Assembly: GCA_963974125.1 (NCBI GenBank)
Contig: CAXBCH010000014.1
Location: forward strand, 32,018-96,017
Direction: 5' to 3'
DNA from: an uncultured Haliea sp.
GTDB lineage: Bacteria; Pseudomonadota; Gammaproteobacteria; Pseudomonadales; Halieaceae
Length of the DNA stretch: 64,000 nucleotides
A model generated the notes under the pieces. That model made no database searches. It saw only the letters and a list, made by a program, of their open reading frames with translations, and was not told the origin of the DNA. Position numbers and translations under genes: made by a program. Below are positions 51,130 to 61,393 of the stretch, in pieces; the stretch's first letter is position 1, and each line of letters begins with the position of its first letter.

Positions 51130-51558
51130 TTATACGCCGGTGAGGTCGTGCTTTTCCAATTCATAGCCACGGGACTGGTAGAAACGCCAGGAGGCGCGCG
51201 AGGCTGCGAGGCTTTCCGGATCCTGGGTCACCACTTCGGCGACCCGGTGGAAGCGGCTGAAAAACGAGGGAATGACACGCTGCAGATTGATCAGCAGGTC
51301 GTCGTGACCCCCGGGTTCCTCACCCCAGCCAATGGCGATCAGCTCCGAGCCCGGTTCCCCGGGGAGGCCGTGCGGCAGGAAGCTGCCGGGCCGGAACTCC
51401 CACAGCAGGGTGTCCAGCGCCCGGGCCTGGTCTTCATCGTCGGCGTTGATGAAAATCCGGTGGCCGCGCTGGAAGGCCTTGTCAGCCAGGCGGGCAGCCA
51501 CGTGCAGGCGCCGGGTTTGATCGGCGGCCTGTACCACGTAGAACCCGACCCGGGTCAT
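51130..51558 (-). CDS. holC: DNA polymerase III chi subunit
   Basis: MTRVGFYV, LWEFRPGSFLPH and LLINL; located between pepA and valS. Confidence 0.92.
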   Translation of the reverse strand: MTRVGFYVVQAADQTRRLHVAARLADKAFQRGHRIFINADDEDQARALDTLLWEFRPGSFLPHGLPGEPGSELIAIGWGEEPGGHDDLLINLQRVIPSFFSRFHRVAEVVTQDPESLAASRASWRFYQSRGYELEKHDLTGV

Positions 51559-51559
51559 G

Positions 51560-53149
51560 TCAGCTGGAGGCCTTCGGGGCGGCCTTCCGTGGGGCGGCCT
51601 TCCGCGGGGCGGCCTTCCGCGGGGCGGTCTTCTTCTGTCCGCCCCGGCCCGAGGTGCCCTGGTCCGCGGCCCGATCCTGCAGGTAGCGGGCCAGCATCGC
51701 CACCGGCCGGCCGGTGGCGCCCTTGGGGCTGCTGTTCCAGGCAGAACCGGCGATGTCCAGGTGGGCCCAGGGATAGTCCTCGGCGAATTGGGACAGGAAG
51801 CAGGCAGCGGTGACACTGCCACCCTCGGGGCCGCCGATATTCGCGAGGTCGGCAAAGTTGCTTTTCAGCTGCTTGCGGTAATCGTCCCACAGGGGCATGC
51901 GCCAGCCGCGATCATGGCTGGTCTCGCCGGCAGCCAGCAGGTTGGCAGCCAGCTCTTCATTGTTGGCGTAAACCGCGGAGGCGTGCGAACCCAGCGCGAT
52001 CACGCAGGCTCCGGTGAGCGTGGCGAGATCGACCACAGCCGCGGGCTTGAAGCGCCTGGCGTAGCTCAGGGCATCGCACAACACCAGCCGGCCCTCGGCA
52101 TCCGTATTCAGGACCTCGATGGTCTTGCCCGCCATGCTGGTAATAACGTCGCCGGGCTTGGTGGCGCGGCCGCTGGGCATGTTTTCCGCCGCTGCGATAA
52201 CGCCGGTGACGTTGAGTGGCAGAGCCATTTCAATCACCGCCTGCAGGGTGCCGAGCACGCCGGCCGCGCCACACATGTCGTATTTCATTTCGTCCATCTT
52301 GGCGCCGGGCTTGAGGGAGATACCGCCGGAGTCGAAGGTAATGCCCTTGCCGACCAGTACCTGGGGCGCTTCTCCGGACTTGCCACCCTTGTATTCGATG
52401 ACGATCAGCTTGGCGGGTTCGTCACTGCCGGCCGAGACCGACAGCAGCGCGCCCATGCCCAGTTCACGCATTTTTTTCTCTTCCAGCACCTGGGTTCGAA
52501 CCTTGCTGTTGCCCCGAGCCAGCTTGCGGGCTTCGCTGGCCAGGTAGCTCGGAGTACAGATATTGCCGGGCAGGTTGCCGAGCTCACGGGTATAATTGAT
52601 GCCGCGTCCTACTGCGGCCCCGGTGTCCAGCGCCAGCTGTGCCGCTTTTACCGCCAGCGTGTCGCCGGGATTGACGACCAGCTTGCTCAAGGCCAGGGGA
52701 TCCTTGGGCTTGGTGACAGTGGCCGAGTAGCGGTAGCTGCTGCTGACCAGGCTGCGGGACAGGAGTTCCAGCAGCCAGTCCGGTGCGACCGTGGCAGAGC
52801 CCAGGTCGGCGACGTGGAACAGGGCTTCGGTGGCACTGCTGGCACCGAGGGCGCTGTTCAGGCCCTGCAGGGTTTCGCGGGCAGCGCTCTGGTCAAACTT
52901 TGCCTGTTCGCCGCAGCCCAGCAGCAGCACCCTCGCGGCGCCGCCGATACCGGGCAGCATCAAGGTCTGGCCGGCCTTGCCCTTGAAGTCGCCGAGCTTG
53001 AGCGCCGTGTCGAGACTGCCACTGCTGGCGCTGTCCAGGGCCTGCGCTGCCGAAGACAGCTGGCCGCCGTAAACCGGCACGATGGCGCACTGGGTTTTGG
53101 CCTTGGCGATGTCGCTAGTGGTACGTGCAGTAAAAGTCAGTTTGCTCAT
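51560..53149 (-). CDS. pepA: Cytosol leucyl aminopeptidase PepA with basic C-terminal extension
   Basis: GKGITFDSGGISLKP, MKYDMCG, NTDAEGRL and WAHLDIAG; canonical pepA-holC-valS/lptF synteny. Confidence 0.95.
   Translation of the reverse strand: MSKLTFTARTTSDIAKAKTQCAIVPVYGGQLSSAAQALDSASSGSLDTALKLGDFKGKAGQTLMLPGIGGAARVLLLGCGEQAKFDQSAARETLQGLNSALGASSATEALFHVADLGSATVAPDWLLELLSRSLVSSSYRYSATVTKPKDPLALSKLVVNPGDTLAVKAAQLALDTGAAVGRGINYTRELGNLPGNICTPSYLASEARKLARGNSKVRTQVLEEKKMRELGMGALLSVSAGSDEPAKLIVIEYKGGKSGEAPQVLVGKGITFDSGGISLKPGAKMDEMKYDMCGAAGVLGTLQAVIEMALPLNVTGVIAAAENMPSGRATKPGDVITSMAGKTIEVLNTDAEGRLVLCDALSYARRFKPAAVVDLATLTGACVIALGSHASAVYANNEELAANLLAAGETSHDRGWRMPLWDDYRKQLKSNFADLANIGGPEGGSVTAACFLSQFAEDYPWAHLDIAGSAWNSSPKGATGRPVAMLARYLQDRAADQGTSGRGGQKKTAPRKAAPRKAAPRKAAPKASS
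51576..51635. repeat. 15-bp tandem repeat (3 near-perfect + 1 degenerate) encoding KAAPR repeats of the PepA tail
   Basis: GGGGCGGCCTTCCG(T/C) at 51576, 51591 and 51606; degenerate copy at 51621. Confidence 0.9.
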
Positions 53150-53273
53150 CAGGTATCCCTGTCAGTTTTCGTGGGCGGGTGTCAGGGCGCTAGTGTATGA
53201 TGATGGGCGATGAAACTGAACCGCTGGTGTTGCTCTTCTCCGGGCGATCTCTGGCGCTGCAACCCGGGCTTGC

Positions 53274-54392
53274 ATGAAAATCCTGGCATACCTCACACGC
53301 GATGTTCTGCTGCATACGGTAGCCGTCAGCTTCACGCTGCTGGTTATCATCTTCAGCGGTCGCTTCGTCAAATACCTGGCCGAGGCCGCCGTTGGCAACC
53401 TGGCCGGTGACATATTGCTGCCGGTCATGTTCTACCGGCTCCCGGGCTTTCTTGAGCTGATCCTGCCGCTGGGGCTGTTTATCGGCATTCTGATGGCCTA
53501 TGGGCGGCTCTATGTCGAGAGCGAGATGGTGGTCCTGTCAGCCTGTGGCGTGAGTCCTTCCCGGCTGGCAGCCTATACCCTGGTGCCGGCCCTGCTGATC
53601 ATGGTCGTGGTGACCGGGCTGAGCCTGCTGGTGACGCCCATGGGTGCTGCCCGCTCTTCCGCCCTGCTGGATGACCCGGAAAAGTCCCAGGGGCTGCAGA
53701 CCCTGGCCTCTGGCCGGTTCCAGACCCGCAGCGGCAGCAACCTGGTCAGCTATGCAGAAACCATTGCGCCCGACACCGGTCTCATGCGCGGCGTGTTTCT
53801 GTCGCAGCAATCACCTCCCGGCGAGAGTCGCCCGCAACTGACGGTGACGGTGGCAGCTGAAGGCGAGATCGTCCTTGATACCCGCACCGGGGCCCGTTAT
53901 CTGGAACTCCGCGATGGCTATCGTTACCAGGGCCTGCCCGGGCATCGCGATTACCAGGTGATACAGTTTGCAACCTTCGGCGAGCGAATCCCGGAGCCGG
54001 AGGGCAGCATTCGCAGCGTACCCCGGGTGGATGGCCGGTCCACGGCATCGTTGCTCACATCAGATGCGCCCGAAGATATCGCCGCCCTGCACTGGCGCCT
54101 GTCCCTGCCTGTTACCGTGCCGATCGTCGCGATTATTGCCCTCTGCCTCAGCCGCACCGATCATCGGCGCGGGCGTTACATCAAGATGGCACCTGCTTTC
54201 GCACTCTACCTGGTTTATCTGGTGTTGTTGACCAATGCCAGGGCAGCGATGGAGGCCGGCGCGGGTCCGCTGGTGCTTTGGCGCGTGCACTTGCTGTATC
54301 TGGGACTGGCCCTGTGGTTGCTTTACGGCGACAGCCTCCGGCGCCGGTTGTGGCATCGCCTTCGCCAAAAGGTCACCCATGCGGCTGCTTGA
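53274..54392 (+). CDS. lptF: LPS export permease LptF
   Basis: YGRLYVESEMVVLSACG and ALHWRLSLP; divergent from pepA. Confidence 0.93.
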   Translation: MKILAYLTRDVLLHTVAVSFTLLVIIFSGRFVKYLAEAAVGNLAGDILLPVMFYRLPGFLELILPLGLFIGILMAYGRLYVESEMVVLSACGVSPSRLAAYTLVPALLIMVVVTGLSLLVTPMGAARSSALLDDPEKSQGLQTLASGRFQTRSGSNLVSYAETIAPDTGLMRGVFLSQQSPPGESRPQLTVTVAAEGEIVLDTRTGARYLELRDGYRYQGLPGHRDYQVIQFATFGERIPEPEGSIRSVPRVDGRSTASLLTSDAPEDIAALHWRLSLPVTVPIVAIIALCLSRTDHRRGRYIKMAPAFALYLVYLVLLTNARAAMEAGAGPLVLWRVHLLYLGLALWLLYGDSLRRRLWHRLRQKVTHAAA

Positions 54393-55440
54393 TCGCTACA
54401 TTGGCCGCACTGTCTTCGCAGCCATAATGATGGTGCTGTTGGTTATCGTTGGCATCGATGTGGTGTCGGCCTTTATCGATGAGTCCGGTGATGTCAGCGC
54501 CAGCTACGGTTTTGTCGAGATCGCGCTCTATATCGCCCTGACCATTCCCGGTCGCCTGTATGAGTACATGCCCTTTGCGGCCCTGATCGGCTGTCTCGTC
54601 GGCCTCGGTCAGCTGGCCAGTGCCAGTGAGTTGATTATCATGCGCAGTGCCGGTGTCTCCATTGCCAGGCTGGTGGTGATCGTAATGAAGTCTGCACTGC
54701 TGGTGGCACTGGCGGGTTTCCTGCTGGGAGAGTATGTGGCGCCCCCGGCAGAGCAGTTGGCCCAGAGCCGGCGGGCGATGGCGCAGAACCCCGGCGAAGG
54801 TGTAGCGGGTCGCTACGGCATCTGGAACCGGGAGGGGAACTCTTTCCTGCACTTCAATGCCATGGAGAGCGAGCGAGTGGTCCACGGTGTCACTCTGCTG
54901 CAGTTCGATGACCGGCGCCGCATGCAGTCTGCACTGCGCGCCCAGCGCGCTGTCCATGCCGGCGATCACTGGCAGTTGGAGCAGGCAGTCAAGACCGATT
55001 TCAGCAGCTGGGAAACCACCCAGACACGGCACGAGAGCCTGCGCTGGGATACCGGTATCACACCGCAGTTGCTGGTCATGGAGGTGGTGGCACCAGAGCG
55101 GTTGCCGCTAACGGATCTCTATCGCTACAGTCGCTATCTGCAGCAGCAGGGCCTGGATGCAGACGACTTCGAGCTCGCCCTCTGGCGCAAGCTGCTGCAG
55201 CCGGTATCCATCGCCGGCCTGGTGCTGGTGGCGATCGCCTTTATTTTCGGGCCGCTGCGGGACGGGACCATGGGCTTGCGCATCTTTATCGGGGTCCTGG
55301 CAGGCGTGGTTTTCCAGATCAGCCAGGATCTGTTGGGGCCGGCGAGCCTGGTGTTCGGGTTTTCACCGCTGTACGCCGCCCTGGCCCCCATCCTGCTGTG
55401 CATTGCCGTGGGCTTCGTGCTGCTGGCGAAAACCCGCTAG
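54379..55440 (+). CDS. lptG: LPS export permease LptG
   Basis: MRLLDRYIG, LASASELIIMRSAGVS and FIFGPLR. Confidence 0.93.
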   Translation: MRLLDRYIGRTVFAAIMMVLLVIVGIDVVSAFIDESGDVSASYGFVEIALYIALTIPGRLYEYMPFAALIGCLVGLGQLASASELIIMRSAGVSIARLVVIVMKSALLVALAGFLLGEYVAPPAEQLAQSRRAMAQNPGEGVAGRYGIWNREGNSFLHFNAMESERVVHGVTLLQFDDRRRMQSALRAQRAVHAGDHWQLEQAVKTDFSSWETTQTRHESLRWDTGITPQLLVMEVVAPERLPLTDLYRYSRYLQQQGLDADDFELALWRKLLQPVSIAGLVLVAIAFIFGPLRDGTMGLRIFIGVLAGVVFQISQDLLGPASLVFGFSPLYAALAPILLCIAVGFVLLAKTR

Positions 55441-55931
55441 CCCGTTTTGGCGCCGCCCTTGGGGGGTTTCGGCAGCAGCACCAGATGGGTGCCGCTCAGG
55501 TAGTCGTGCCAATAGCGCTTGCGCTTGTCTACCAGGCACCACCAGTAGCCCAGGCCCGCCGGGGCCAGGGATACCAGCGCGGCCAGGCAACGCAGCACGC
55601 AGCGGCTTGTGCCGGGACTATCCCCCTGGGCATCGTCTACCAGTTTTACTCGCCATGCCTGCATGCCCAGAGTCTGGCCGCTTTTGCGCCAGAACGCGGT
55701 GAAGAAGACGATGACACAGGCAAGGCTGAGCGCCTGCACCAGCTGGGGATGCATCTGATAGTAGTCACCGCCAGTGCCGGCGTTCAGCAGCCACATTTCC
55801 ACTGCGGTGGCGGCGGCTATGGTCACGCCGATAAACGGGATCACCAGCAACGTATCGTAGAGCATGGCCGCGAGTCGCCGCAGCAGCGGGGGAGGGGCCA
55901 GAGTGGCGGAGTCCTGCATCGAAGTTCCCAT
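55437..55931 (-). CDS. RDD family membrane protein
   Basis: RRLAAMLYD, GQTLGMQAWRV and WHDYLSGT. Confidence 0.88.
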   Translation of the reverse strand: MGTSMQDSATLAPPPLLRRLAAMLYDTLLVIPFIGVTIAAATAVEMWLLNAGTGGDYYQMHPQLVQALSLACVIVFFTAFWRKSGQTLGMQAWRVKLVDDAQGDSPGTSRCVLRCLAALVSLAPAGLGYWWCLVDKRKRYWHDYLSGTHLVLLPKPPKGGAKTG

Positions 55932-56083
55932 GGTCTGGTTCAGGCAGTGATCGGCGTTGCCGACAGCGTCCCCGGAAGCCTGGTGCCAGGGGTTGGGCCG
56001 GCGCGTATTACCGGATTGTAAATTGTCCCGGGGACTCCGGCAGTGCTAAATTGCCCGGGCATGATAATAACGGGTTTCGCGAG

Positions 56084-56764
56084 ATGAAAGTGCTGTTGGT
56101 GGAAGATGATCGTGCCGTCGCGGACTTTATTGTCTCCGAGCTGGCGCAGGCGGGGCATGAATGCACGCATTGCGCGGATGGCGACAGCGGCCTCGATGCT
56201 GCCCGCGCGGATTATCATGATGTGCTGGTGGTGGATCGGATGCTGCCCAGACTCGATGGCCTGGCACTGCTGCGTACCCTGCGGCAGGAGGGTGATGACA
56301 CGCCGGTGCTGATCCTGAGTGCGCTGGGGGATGTGGATGACCGGGTCCAGGGGCTGCACTGCGGCGCCGATGATTACCTGGTCAAGCCCTTTGCCATGGC
56401 CGAGTTGCTGGCGCGCCTGCAGATCCTTTGCCGTCGCAGCAGCCAGGCCGGTGGCGAGGTGCCGACCCGCCTCCAGGTCGCAGACCTCGAGATGGACCTG
56501 CTGAGCCAGGAAGTGCGGCGGCGGGGCGAACTGCTGACGCTGCAGCCCCGCGAGTACAAGCTGCTCGAATATCTCATGCGCAATGCTGGCCAGGTTGTTA
56601 CCCGGGCCATGTTGCTGGAGCATGTCTGGGGCTACCATTTCGATCCCCAGACCAATGTCATCGATGTGCATGTATCGCGGCTGCGGCAAAAGATCGATCG
56701 TGATTTTTCCCCGCCGCTGCTGGCGACGGTGCGTGGCGCCGGCTACTGCCTCGGCGGCGGCTGA
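56084..56764 (+). CDS. OmpR/PhoB family response regulator
   Basis: LLVEDD, VVDRMLP (phospho-Asp), DDYLVKPF and HFDPQTNVIDVH...TVRGAGY. Confidence 0.93.
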   Translation: MKVLLVEDDRAVADFIVSELAQAGHECTHCADGDSGLDAARADYHDVLVVDRMLPRLDGLALLRTLRQEGDDTPVLILSALGDVDDRVQGLHCGADDYLVKPFAMAELLARLQILCRRSSQAGGEVPTRLQVADLEMDLLSQEVRRRGELLTLQPREYKLLEYLMRNAGQVVTRAMLLEHVWGYHFDPQTNVIDVHVSRLRQKIDRDFSPPLLATVRGAGYCLGGG

Positions 56765-56769
56765 CCGCC

Positions 56770-58152
56770 ATGCGCATCCTGGATGTCCTGAACAGCCTCA
56801 CGTTTCGCTACATCGTCAAGTACGTCACCGCACTCAGTGCCACGGTATTCCTGCTGCTGGCCGTGCTCTACGTCTATTTCAGCTACGACTACTTCACCGA
56901 GTTGCGCTCCTCGATCCTCGATGAACTGGAGGCGCTGCAGCTGGTCTACAACGGCCAGGGGCTGGCAGGTGTGGAACAGTACCTGGCGGATCAACGCAAC
57001 CTGCCCACCATAGGGCGCTACAGCTACCTGATTGTTGACGCGGAAGGCAACAGGGTGGCGGGCGATCTCGCCCAGACCCCGCGCTACCGCGAATTTTCCG
57101 GCGGCTGGCTGGGGTTCCAGCTGGCCCTGCTGAACTGGGGTGAAACCGTTGACGCGGATTTCCTCGCCCGGCGTGAGCTGCTGGGCGACGGCTACGCAGC
57201 CCTGGTGGCGCGCAATTATGCCGACGCAGTGGCCAGCGGTGGCCTGGTCTTTGTGACCCTGTTCCGGGCGATGATCGCCACCCTGCTGTTGGGCATTGCC
57301 GGTGGATTCTTCAGCGCCGCGACCACGCTGCATCGCTTTGAGCGCCTGAATACGGAGCTGTCGGGCATCGTTCGCGGCAACCTCTCGAAGCGTCTTTCGG
57401 TCGAGGGCAAGAAGGGCTACCCGCGCGAACTGGCCCGGGCCATGAACCAGATGCTGGACCAGATAGGATCGCTGATGCAGGGGGTGAAGCTGGTCTCGGA
57501 CAATATTGCCCACGACCTGCGCACCCCGCTGACACGCATCCGCAATCAGCTCAGCCAGCTGCGCCAGCGCCTCGACCCTGCCGGCCAGGACGAAGTTGAC
57601 CGGATCATCGAGGAATGTGACAACCTGTTGTCCTCGTTCAATGCCCTGTTGCGGATCTCGGCCCTGGAGTCTGGCAGTCGCGCGCCGGTACAGGCCCGGG
57701 TGGCCCTCTCGGGATTGCTGGAGGACCTGGCGGAATTGTATGAGCCGGTGGCCAATGACAAGCAGGTCGACCTGCGCCTGGCGCTGGCGACTGGGGTGGA
57801 GTGTGCTGGCGACAGCGACCTCCTGTTCCAGATGTGTGCCAATCTGCTGGACAACGCCATCAAGTACACTGCAGCCGGTGGCAGCATTGAGGTGGCGCTG
57901 GCGGCGAACCGGGGTAGCGTAGAGATTGTGGTCGCTGATTCAGGGCCGGGTATCGACCCGATGGAGCACAGGAACGTGTTCCGCCGTTTCTACCGGGTCG
58001 AGTCCAGCCGCGGCGAACAGCCGGGCCATGGTCTGGGCCTGAGCCTGGTGCAGGCCATCGTCCACTATCATCACGGTAGCATCGCTCTGGAAGACAACGA
58101 ACCCGGCCTGCGTGTGGTGGTCAATCTCCCCGAGACGATTCCTCAAGACTGA
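56770..58152 (+). CDS. Sensor histidine kinase (HAMP-HisKA-HATPase)
   Basis: Two TMs, IAHDLRTPL H-box, NLLDNAIKY, DSGPGI and GHGLGL. Confidence 0.93.
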   Translation: MRILDVLNSLTFRYIVKYVTALSATVFLLLAVLYVYFSYDYFTELRSSILDELEALQLVYNGQGLAGVEQYLADQRNLPTIGRYSYLIVDAEGNRVAGDLAQTPRYREFSGGWLGFQLALLNWGETVDADFLARRELLGDGYAALVARNYADAVASGGLVFVTLFRAMIATLLLGIAGGFFSAATTLHRFERLNTELSGIVRGNLSKRLSVEGKKGYPRELARAMNQMLDQIGSLMQGVKLVSDNIAHDLRTPLTRIRNQLSQLRQRLDPAGQDEVDRIIEECDNLLSSFNALLRISALESGSRAPVQARVALSGLLEDLAELYEPVANDKQVDLRLALATGVECAGDSDLLFQMCANLLDNAIKYTAAGGSIEVALAANRGSVEIVVADSGPGIDPMEHRNVFRRFYRVESSRGEQPGHGLGLSLVQAIVHYHHGSIALEDNEPGLRVVVNLPETIPQD

Positions 58153-58837
58153 GACCGCTGGTGTCCGGAGCTGTCGCGGTATCCCGCTTGCGATACTGCT
58201 CCTCCAGGACATCAGCACCCGCTGCTGCAAGTTCCAGGTGCGAGAGGTCGATTGCGGGCGTCGGCGCTGGCGGTGGGGCGCAGTCGCTGAAGTCGCCCCC
58301 CTCTGGCTCCAGCGCAAGGCTGGCGCTGATGTTTACCGCGACCGGTGCCGGTCCGGCCAGGCCGGGGATGTCCTCGCCGGCCTCTCCCAGGGTCAGATGG
58401 CTGGTGTCGGGCGCTGGCGGTGCCGGCGGTGCAGGTTCTGCAAGGCGCTCCCCGACCGCGGCGACATCCAGGGTGGGGGCGCGGACCGTGGGTGCAGCCG
58501 TTGCTGCACGCTCGCCGGGAGCAAGTACCTCTGTGCCTGCCGGTGCGAGTGCCAGGCCGGATTGCGGCGCCGCAGTGGCTGCCGCGGCAGGTACGGTCTC
58601 TGTCGCATTGCAGGGTCGCAGCTCGGCCAGGGCGCCCGCTTTTTCCAGCGCCTGCTGGTACTTGTGGGCTGTTGCTGCATCCGCGTCGCGTTTCAGGATC
58701 TGGGGCTTGCCGCTGAAAAGTTTGTCCAGGGTCGCCTCGTCGGCATTGAACAGGCGGCCGAGGTTGGCGCGTACCGTGGCCGCATCGCGACCCTCAAGCA
58801 GTTGCCCCGCAAACAGCACATCGAAGCGTGCAGCCAT
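58121..58837 (-). CDS. Conserved hypothetical protein: N-terminal L7/L12-CTD-like domain + repetitive acidic/Pro-Ala tail
   Basis: Start MAARFDVLF after GAGGA; KYQQALEKAGA segment; repeated L-x-L-x-x-x-G-x-x-hydrophobic motifs. Confidence 0.6.
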   Translation of the reverse strand: MAARFDVLFAGQLLEGRDAATVRANLGRLFNADEATLDKLFSGKPQILKRDADAATAHKYQQALEKAGALAELRPCNATETVPAAAATAAPQSGLALAPAGTEVLAPGERAATAAPTVRAPTLDVAAVGERLAEPAPPAPPAPDTSHLTLGEAGEDIPGLAGPAPVAVNISASLALEPEGGDFSDCAPPPAPTPAIDLSHLELAAAGADVLEEQYRKRDTATAPDTSGLSLEESSRGD

Positions 58838-59004
58838 GTTCTTGTCCTCCGCTCTTGTCCCTGCGGCCCAGTATAGGCGCTGGCGGCGGGCCGACCAAGC
58901 GCCCGGGCAGCGCGGCCTCTGCGGCCCGGCCTCCGCGGCGCGGCCTCCGCGGCCCGATCTGTTAACATGTGCGACTTCTGCTTGCACTGAGGTAGCCCCG
59001 GTCG

Positions 59005-60051
59005 ATGTCTGAACAACTGCCCACCCGCTTCGTGCGGACTCTCGTGCGCATGGTGGAGGAGCGCGGCCACGACCCGGGGGCGGTGCTGGCCGCGGCAGGA
59101 CTGGACTTCGATCCCCGGGACGAGACTGCGGGCGGCTACCGCGACCAGGTCAGTGCCATGGAGTACTCCCGGGTCTACCAGCAGGTCTTGCGTCTGCTGC
59201 AGGATGCCACCTTCGGCGTCACCCGCAGTGATCTGGCGGCGCCCGGCGCCTTTCGGATGATGTGCTACTGCATCATTTCCTGCCGCAACCTGGGTCATGC
59301 GATCCAGCGGGCGGCGGAATTCTACCGGACCTTTTTCGACGAGCAGAGCCAGCTGTATGCCAATTTCAGCGACGATACCGCCCGCGTTGGTTATCTGCAC
59401 CGGAGCGGGCCGGAGCAGCCAGCAGTGGCGGCGGCAGAGGTCTACGGCCTGTCTCTCTGGCACCGCTTTTTTGGCTGGCTGTGCGGTCGGCCGCTGCCGC
59501 TGCAGCGGGTCGATTTCCAGGGCAGTGAAGCTGCCAGTGCAGACAAGTACCGGGATCTGTTCCAGGCGCCGTTGTATTTCGATCAGCCGCGGGATCTGCT
59601 GTACTTCGAGGCGTCCTGTCTGGCCTGGCCGGTGGTGCATACCGAGCATTCACTGGACGAGTTCCTGCGCACGGCGCCCTATCAGTTGCTGTTGATGGAT
59701 GCGCGTTCCGCCAAGGATCGCTTGTCGGCGCAGGTGCGCGCGATGCTGGGGCACGACTTTCAGCAGGGGGTCCCGGGGTTTGAGACCATCAGCCAGGCGC
59801 TGAACATGTCGGCGCCGACCCTGCGCCGTAAACTCAGGCGCGAGGGCACGACCTTTCAGGCACTGAAGGACGAAGCCCGCTCCGAGGCCGCCTGCCTGGC
59901 CCTGGACCGCCCAGAGCTGTCGATACAGGAGGTGGCGCTGCAGCTGGGTTTCACTGATCCCAGCGCCTTCCACCGCGCCTTTCGCAAATGGTCCGGACAG
60001 ACACCGGGGCAGTACCGGGCCGGCCGCAAGCGGCGGCGTCTGGAGACCTGA
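59005..60051 (+). CDS. AraC family transcriptional regulator (OruR-like N domain)
   Basis: PTLRRKL...LGFTDPSAFHRAFRKWSGQTPG. Confidence 0.88.
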   Translation: MSEQLPTRFVRTLVRMVEERGHDPGAVLAAAGLDFDPRDETAGGYRDQVSAMEYSRVYQQVLRLLQDATFGVTRSDLAAPGAFRMMCYCIISCRNLGHAIQRAAEFYRTFFDEQSQLYANFSDDTARVGYLHRSGPEQPAVAAAEVYGLSLWHRFFGWLCGRPLPLQRVDFQGSEAASADKYRDLFQAPLYFDQPRDLLYFEASCLAWPVVHTEHSLDEFLRTAPYQLLLMDARSAKDRLSAQVRAMLGHDFQQGVPGFETISQALNMSAPTLRRKLRREGTTFQALKDEARSEAACLALDRPELSIQEVALQLGFTDPSAFHRAFRKWSGQTPGQYRAGRKRRRLET

Positions 60052-60110
60052 GCAGCGGTACCCCGGCTGCCGGCTCTCGGGTATAATTCACAGCCCTTGA
60101 CGGAGGCCCT

Positions 60111-60443
60111 ATGTCAGTCCAACAACAGATCACCGAGCAACTTGCCGCAGCCCTGGCGCCCATGCATCTGGAAGTGGCCAATGAGAGCCACATGCACAGT
60201 GTGCCGCCGGATTCAGAGACCCATTTCCGGGTGGTGATAGTGAGCGAGGCCTTTGACGGCCAACGCCAGGTGGCGCGGCACCAGAAGATCTACGGCCTGC
60301 TTGCGGCACAGCTGCAGGGCCCCGTGCACGCGCTCGCCCTGCACACCTATTCGCCGGGAGAGTGGGAGGCCCGCGACGCGGCTGCGCCGGCATCGCCCGA
60401 CTGCATGGGCGGCAGCAAGGCGGATGCGGGAGGAGCCAACTGA
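60111..60443 (+). CDS. bolA: BolA family protein
   Basis: [19 protein letters not shown] and VHALALH. Confidence 0.9.
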   Translation: MSVQQQITEQLAAALAPMHLEVANESHMHSVPPDSETHFRVVIVSEAFDGQRQVARHQKIYGLLAAQLQGPVHALALHTYSPGEWEARDAAAPASPDCMGGSKADAGGAN

Positions 60444-61393
60444 TGAGCGGGTTCGTGGTTGCGGCGCTATACCGCTTCGTCACTCTGGATGACTATCGCG
60501 AGCTGCGCGAGCCCCTGTTGGACGAGTGCCTGGCCGCCGGCGTCAAGGGCACGCTGCTGCTGGCGGCCGAGGGCATCAACGGCACCATCGCCGGCACCCG
60601 CGAGGGCATCGACCGGGTACTCGCCTGGCTGCGCAGCGATCCTCGCCTGGCCGCTCTGGAACACAAGGAGTCGGTCGACGACGAGATGCCGTTCTACCGC
60701 ATGAAGGTGAAACTGAAGCGGGAAATCGTCACCCTCGGTGTCGCCGGTATCGACCCCAATCGCGTGGTCGGCACCTATGTTGCGCCGCGGGACTGGAACG
60801 CCCTGGTCAATGATCCCGGGGTGGTGCTGATCGATACCCGCAACCGCTATGAATATGATATCGGTACTTTCCGTGGGGCGATCGATCCGGCGACGACCTC
60901 CTTTCGCGAATTTCCGCGCTACGTTCGCGAGCACCTGGACCCGGCCCGGCACAAGAAGGTCGCGATGTTCTGCACCGGCGGTATCCGCTGCGAGAAAGCG
61001 TCGGCCTATATGCTGCAGGAGGGTTTCGAGGAGGTCTATCACCTGCAGGGAGGCATCCTCAAGTATCTGGAAGAGGTACCGGAAGCAGAGAGCACCTGGG
61101 AAGGGGAGTGCTTTGTGTTCGACAACCGGGTCGCGGTCAATCATCGCCTGGAAAAGGGCCGCTACGACCAGTGCCACGGTTGCCGCCACCCCATCACTGC
61201 ACAAGACAAGGATTCCGACCGCTACCAGCAGGGTGTCTGTTGCCCGCACTGTTACGACAGCCTGACCGAAGACCAGAAGGCCCGGTTTGCCGAGCGCCAG
61301 AAGCAGATCGAGCTGGCGGCACAGCGGGGCGAACAGCACGTCGGCGCGCCGCCGCCCGCGCGCCAGCTGCGTGCCGGCAGCGGCGGGGCCTAG
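60443..61393 (+). CDS. trhO: Rhodanese-related tRNA uridine(34) hydroxylase (UPF0176/YceA)
   Basis: [41 protein letters not shown] and CFVFDNR; overlaps the bolA stop (TGATG). Confidence 0.88.
   Translation: MSGFVVAALYRFVTLDDYRELREPLLDECLAAGVKGTLLLAAEGINGTIAGTREGIDRVLAWLRSDPRLAALEHKESVDDEMPFYRMKVKLKREIVTLGVAGIDPNRVVGTYVAPRDWNALVNDPGVVLIDTRNRYEYDIGTFRGAIDPATTSFREFPRYVREHLDPARHKKVAMFCTGGIRCEKASAYMLQEGFEEVYHLQGGILKYLEEVPEAESTWEGECFVFDNRVAVNHRLEKGRYDQCHGCRHPITAQDKDSDRYQQGVCCPHCYDSLTEDQKARFAERQKQIELAAQRGEQHVGAPPPARQLRAGSGGA

Noticed and set aside
51576-51635. Possible CRISPR or REP array
   Set aside because: Contiguous 15-bp units with no spacers, in-frame within a CDS, and no cas genes.
51130-51855. 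241-aa HolC with GRPPR repeats
   Set aside because: The extension is an alternative frame of the pepA 3' end; HolC starts at 51558 and the repeat belongs to PepA (KAAPR).
56018-56060. TAAATTG(T)CCCGGG direct repeat upstream of the response regulator
   Set aside because: Only two imperfect copies about 30 bp apart, one probably the -10 region; too weak to call on its own.
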